NCBI GenBank assembly: GCA_002269645.1
Contig: NIVC01001411.1
Coordinates: 1 to 64,000, forward strand
Length of the DNA: 64,000 bases
Direction of reading: 5' to 3'
Source of the DNA: Macrostomum lignano
Taxonomy: Eukaryota
Position numbers and translations under genes: made by a program. A model generated the notes under the pieces. The model saw only the letters and a list, made by a program, of their open reading frames with translations. It searched no databases and was not told where the DNA came from. Shown piece by piece: positions 58,598 to 64,000 of the stretch. Every line of letters begins with the position of its first letter. The first letter of the stretch is position 1.

Positions 58598-59639
58598 CTT
58601 GCGGAGCAGGCGTCGACACCGGAGTCTGGGTCTGGCTGAGGAGCGGCCGTCACTGCTGGCTGCGGCGTCTGCTGCGGAGGTCAAAGAGGGTAAATTAGCG
58701 ACCAGGGGAAATTAGGCCGCTTGATATTGGCTTGGCGTTCTCTTCTGCCCCAGAAGAAGCCAGTGAGAGTGTCGAATTAAAAAGCAGAACTGACAAGAGT
58801 TGGCGAGCTCGCCATCCAAGCGGCTTTCATTGGCCGCTCCCGCCCCCCATGCGTCTGTCGTGCAGGGATTGGCCCCTGGGGCCTCTGCTTGGCAACACTT
58901 GGAATTCCGTCAGTGAATTTTCTTTCATTTCCTGTCTTCCTCTCCAAGTTCGGGGGTGAGGCGAGCGATTCCTCACATAATCATTTCGCCTCTTTCGATT
59001 TTCTCGACGAAGGGAAAGTCAAATATAGATTTTTTGGATATTGTTTTTCACTACGCCAGTAGAAAATATTCCATGAAAAAGCCTTCGCGGCACAGGTTAC
59101 TGTAACTAGCAGCTATCGCGGCAGCGGCTGCGGAGGCTGCGACTCCGATCCCAGAGTAAATAATTGGCTTGCCAACATAAGGTCGAATTTGCTCAGCGCT
59201 AGCGGGGAAAAGTTTCCAGATTGCTCAAGCTCAGGGAAGATGCTTAGATGGAATAATAACTGTACTGAACTTGCTCTGGAATTTCGGTCATAGGAAGCAC
59301 AAAGCCGAGTTGGGAGCAAACTATTGTCACAGGGAAATTGCCAAAACCGACTGGAGCTTCTATGTAGGTGGCTTAGAAAGCTGCTCAAAAGCAGCTCAGC
59401 TTCATCGAGAGCTGCTGGGTGCCCGTAGCCAGCCGATGTGATTGGCTAATTAAAGTTGACAGGAGAGACGCTATCGATGGGGGAGACAGGCGGAACAGGG
59501 CAGAGTCCGGGGTCAGCGGACTCAGTGCAGAGAGAATTCAGTCTTCAGCAGACTGTCGTGAAAAAACACAATGCATCCATAGTGAGCTCAACAGCCTTGC
59601 ACTTTGCTGAGGCAAGTGCGCTCCGAATAGAGCATGCAC

Positions 59640-60200
59640 TGTGCTCTAACACCCCGGTCTCATTGTCTAACACCCCAGTCTCACTGTGCAACACCTCAGT
59701 CTCACTGTCTAACACCCCGGTCTCACTGTCCAACACCTCAGTCTCACTGTCTAACACTCAATCTCACTGTCAAACACCCAATCTCACTGTCAAATACCCA
59801 ATCTCACTTTCTAACACCCAATCTCACTTTCTAACATCCAATCTCACTGTCTAACACTCAATCTCACTGTCAAACACCCAATCTCACTGTCAAATACCCA
59901 ATCTCACTGTCTAGCACCCAATCTCACTGTCTAACACCCAATCTCACTGTCCAACACCCCGGTCTCACTGTCTAACACCCAATCTCACTGTCTAGCACCC
60001 AATCTCACTGTCTAACACCCAATCTCACTGTCCAACACCCCGGTCTCACTGTCTAACACCCAATCTCACTGTCCAACACCCAATCTCACTGTCTAACACC
60101 CCGGTCTCACTGTCTAACACCCCGGTCTCACTGTCTAACACCCCGGTCTCACTTTCCAACACCCAATCTCACTGTCCAACACCCAATCTCACTGTCTAAA
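59640..60200 (+). repeat. ~19-20-bp minisatellite (ccaatctcactgtctaacac)
   Basis: About 28 units. Confidence 0.95.
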
Positions 60201-60876
60201 CCCGCTTACCAATTATCAAATAGAAATATTTAACCCAGAGTAGCGAGAATGAGCGAACTGCAGACGTATTTTTGGTGCATAACTCATTGTTGTTAGTTTG
60301 GCGGCTTGCTTTGAACAGAAATATTGAAAAATTGTGTCCTAATTTTTTTAAATAAAGATCGAAAAGCCGAAAAGCTACTAAAAAGGAAAGATGAACCAAT
60401 TAATTTTTCAAAAAACAATTCTGCAACAAAAAATCATTCTGGGCGAAATGAATTTGGCTGGAAATCAATTTTGTTTTAAACGAAAAAGCAACTCATTACG
60501 TCGAGTGCTCAGCCTGGGCCGCCCGGATACTCTGGCCGATCTCAACCCAGCAATGATTTGCACGCGGTAGCAACTTTCTTTAGTAGCAAAAGCTGTCTTG
60601 GCAAACCGGGGCTCAAGCCTGTGAGAGCTGAGCTCCGGTGAGCAGCAAAGGCCGCCCGGCCCGAACTCCATTCCGAGCTCAGCTTCCCGGCCCCTCCATC
60701 TCCTCGGCATCCTTAACTGGGGATCTGGCAGGGCCTGGCGATGCCTACCCCCCCCCCCCTCCACCCAGCGGCCACCCCGAGTCTGGAGTCATCAATAATT
60801 AAAAGACTAGCGGTTTGGGCAGCAAATTTGCGTCTTGATTGCTTCTGCCCCGGAGCTTCTACAGTTTCTTTCGCGG

Positions 60877-61137
60877 ACGGCTGCCTGACTCCAGAATAAC
60901 ACATGAGAAAACACTAATACGGCTGCCTGACTCCAGAATAACACATGGGAAGACACTAATACGGCTGCCTGACTCCAGAATAACACATGAGAAGACACTA
61001 ATACGGCTGCCTGACTCCAGAATAACACATGAGAAGACACTAATACGGCTGCCTGACTCCAGAATAACACATGAGAAGACACTAATACGGCTGCCTGACT
61101 CCAGAATAACACATGAGAAAACACTAATACGGCTGCT
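60877..61137 (+). repeat. 42-bp x6 tandem repeat
   Basis: acggctgcctgactccagaataacacatgagaagacactaat x6 plus a partial copy. Confidence 0.96.
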
Positions 61138-61236
61138 CGCTGTCACAGTTGCGATTAAAAATTTATGATTGCGGCAAGATTTTAATCGCAATCATGGAAT
61201 CGCAAGGAAAACTGGTGAGGCGGCTGAAGGGCAGCA

Positions 61237-61604
61237 CTCTAGCAGTGGCTCTAGCAGTGGCTCTAGCAGTGGCTCTAGCAGTGGCTCTAGCAGTGGCTCT
61301 AGCAGTGGCTCTAGCAGTGGCTCTAGCAGTGGCTCTAGCAGTGGCTCTAGCAGTGGCTCTAGCAGTGGCTCTAGCAGTGGCTCTAGCAGTGGCTCTAGCA
61401 GTGGCTCTAGCAGTGGCTCTAGCAGTGGCTCTAGCAGTGGCTCTAGCAGTGGCTCTAGCAGTGGCTCTAGCAGTGGCTCTAGCAGTGGCTCTAGCAGTGG
61501 CTCTAGCAGTGGCTCTAGCAGTGGCTCTAGCAGTGGCTCTAGCAGTGGCTCTAGCAGTGGCTCTAGCAGTGGCTCTAGCAGTGGCTCTAGCAGTGGCCTT
61601 AGCA
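61237..61604 (+). repeat. 12-bp x~30 perfect repeat (ctctagcagtgg)
   Basis: Perfect tandem array. Confidence 0.98.
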
Positions 61605-62530
61605 GTTGAAATATCAGTACGGGACCCCATTAATCCCTTTAATTCACCAGTTCCATGGCCTGTTGACCCCGCCAGGGAGATGGCACCCCGAATCGGCTGG
61701 GGAAAGTACATGGTAACTGTTTTACAGAACAAGCTCTGGCGCTCCTGGCACTGACGCCCAGTCAAATGAAATGGCGCCAACTAATATCCCTGCCAGCGCG
61801 TCAGGCCCGCTGACCGTTGAGCATGCGAGCACATTCAAGTTTTCTCGTTGGCATTCATTCACACCTTTCTGTACACACATTGGCCTTCATGGGCGTGAAA
61901 ATGATAAAAAAAGGTCAAAAGTTAATACGAAAATGCGAGGCTGAACCTGAATACGATGCTTGCTAAAAAGTCCATTAATAGTCCGGTAATTGGCGTTCAA
62001 AAAGTAATTTGGCATCAATTTGAAACAGATAACGGGACCCAAGGGACTGAAGCTGGTAAGGCGTCTGCTCAGAAGAACACTGAACTAAAGATACACATTA
62101 CACATCAATAAAATGCCCAGAAAAACACTGCCCGGGCCTGCAAATGGTACTCAGCAAAAAGTGCAGCGATCCTTCTCTATTCTTCATTTTATTTGGCTTT
62201 GGCCCCGTGCGGCTATCCGCGGCACGACTCGCCCCATCCGGGTCTACTTGAGATTCCAATATCCGGTTGATGGGGCCGCCCCTCCTTTAGTTCTTTCATC
62301 CCGCCGAGGCAGCAGCTGCGGGGCGTGAGCTGCTGTTTATCACCCCGTGAGCATTGAGCTGGGAGCTGCTGGCATGCCTCTGATTGTTCGCACAGGCTGC
62401 TGGTGTTCGCTGCCAGTTGGCTCTAATTTTGGGACTGCAGTCAGGCTTTCCAGGCTAAAATATGCCTCAGCACTAGAAAACGGTTGCGATTGTTGGATTC
62501 AGAGATTATCATAGTCCGTTGATTTGATGC

Positions 62531-64000
62531 CTCTAGCTAGCAGTATGCGAACTTGGTGAGCTACAGAATGTCGGGAGTCAAGAGACAGGAGTGACTCTAG
62601 CTAGCAGTGTGCGAACTTGGTGAGCTACAGAATGTCGGGAGTCAAGAGACAGGAGTGACTCTAGCTAGCAGTGTGCGAACTTGGTGAGCTACAGAATGTC
62701 GGGAGTCAAGAGACAGGAGTGACTCTAGCTAGCAGTATGCGAACTTGGTGAGCTACAGAATGTCGGGAGTCAAGAGACAGGAGTGACTCTAGCTAGCAGT
62801 ATGCGAACTTGGTGAGCTACAGAATGTCGGGAGTCAAGAGACAGGAGTGACTCTAGCTAGCAGAGTGCGAACTTGGTGAGCTACAGAATGTCGGGAGTCA
62901 AGAGACAGGAGTGACTCTAGCTAGCAGTATGCGAACTTGGTGAGCTACAGAATGTCGGGAGTCAAGAGACAGGAGTGACTCTAGCTAGCAGTGTGCGAAC
63001 TTGGTGAGCTACAGAATGTCGGGAGTCAAGAGACAGGAGTGACTCTAGCTAGCAGTGTGCGAACTTGGTGAGCTACAGAATGTCGGGAGTCAAGAGACAG
63101 GAGTGACTCTAGCTAGCAGTGTGCGAACTTGGTGAGCTACAGAATGTCGGGAGTCAAGAGACAGGAGTGACTCTAGCTAGCACTATGCGAACTTGGTGAG
63201 CTACAGAATGTCGGGAGTCAAGAGACAGGAGTGACTCTAGCTAGCACTATGCGAACTTGGTGAGCTACAGAATGTCGGGAGTCAAGAGACAGGAGTGACT
63301 CTAGCTAGCAGTATGCGAACTTGATGAGCTACAGAATGTCGGGAGTCAAGAGACAGGAGTGACTCTAGCTAGCACTATGCGAACTTGGTGAGCTACAGAA
63401 TGTCGGGAGTCAAGAGACAGGAGTGACTCTAGCTAGCAGAATGCGAACTTGGTGAGCTACAGAATGTCGGGAGTCAAGAGACAGGAGTGACTCTAGCTAG
63501 CACTATGCGAACTTGGTGAGCTACAGAATGTCGGGAGTCAAGAGACACGAGTGACTCTAGCTAGCAGTGTGCGAACTTGGTGAGCTACAGAATGTCGGGA
63601 GTCAAGAGACACGAGTGACTCTAGCTAGCACTATGCGAACTTGGTGAGCTACAGAATGTCGGGAGTCAAGAGACACGAGTGACTCTAGCTAGCACTATGC
63701 GAACTTGGTGAGCTACAGAATGTCGGGAGTCAAGAGACAGGAGTGACTCTAGCTAGCAGAATGCGAACTTGGTGAGCTACAGAATGTCGGGAGTCAAGAG
63801 ACACGAGTGACTCTAGCTAGCACTATGCGAACTTGGTGAGCTACAGAATGTCGGGAGTCAAGAGACACGAGTGACTCTAGCTAGCAGAATGCGAACTTGA
63901 TAAGCTACAGAATGTCGGGAGTCAAGAGACACGAGTGACTCTAGCTAGCACTATGCGAACTTGGTGAGCTACAGAATGTCGGGAGTCAAGAGACACGAGT
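62531..64000 (+). repeat. 64-bp minisatellite, ~23 copies, runs off the window end
   Basis: ctctagctagcagtatgcgaacttggtgagctacagaatgtcgggagtcaagagacaggagtga repeated head-to-tail with no spacers. Confidence 0.98.

Noticed and set aside
61149-61780. (VALA)n, (TARA)n and (SSGS)n ORFs
   Set aside because: A 12-bp perfect repeat that is stop-free in several frames.
62531-64000. CRISPR-like array
   Set aside because: Units are head-to-tail with no unique spacers, there are no cas genes, and the context is eukaryotic. It is a minisatellite.

Overview
Eukaryotic (animal) genomic DNA. GC-rich exons separated by introns full of minisatellites suggest a flatworm such as Macrostomum (inference only). 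Host genes rebuilt from splice sites: a 2-exon Bcl-2-family gene (+), a 4-exon MPV17 (+), a possible small 2-TM orphan (-), two tandem SLC6 glycine/proline-type transporter paralogs (-; 8 and 10 coding exons) and a single-exon DEG/ENaC channel (-). Between the SLC6 paralogs lies an apparently complete 8,549-bp EnSpm/CACTA(CMC)-type DNA transposon (32446-40994). It has CCCGCCTGGATA TIRs, an AA target-site duplication and CCGG-rich subterminal arrays. It carries three same-strand genes: a spliced DDE transposase, a coiled-coil+BEN-domain protein, and a protein containing a CtIP/Sae2 (RBBP8) C-terminal CxxC-RHR domain that lacks the CDK phosphosite. The CtIP/Sae2 cargo is the most notable finding. 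Also present: decayed non-LTR (RT, RNase H), DIRS-type and Crypton-type tyrosine-recombinase remnants, Penelope-type hammerhead-ribozyme motifs, a ~390-bp palindrome, a 272-bp gene-conversion tract between the SLC6 paralogs, and many tandem repeats that explain most of the long low-complexity ORFs in the ORF track. All assignments are by eye; no database searches were run.
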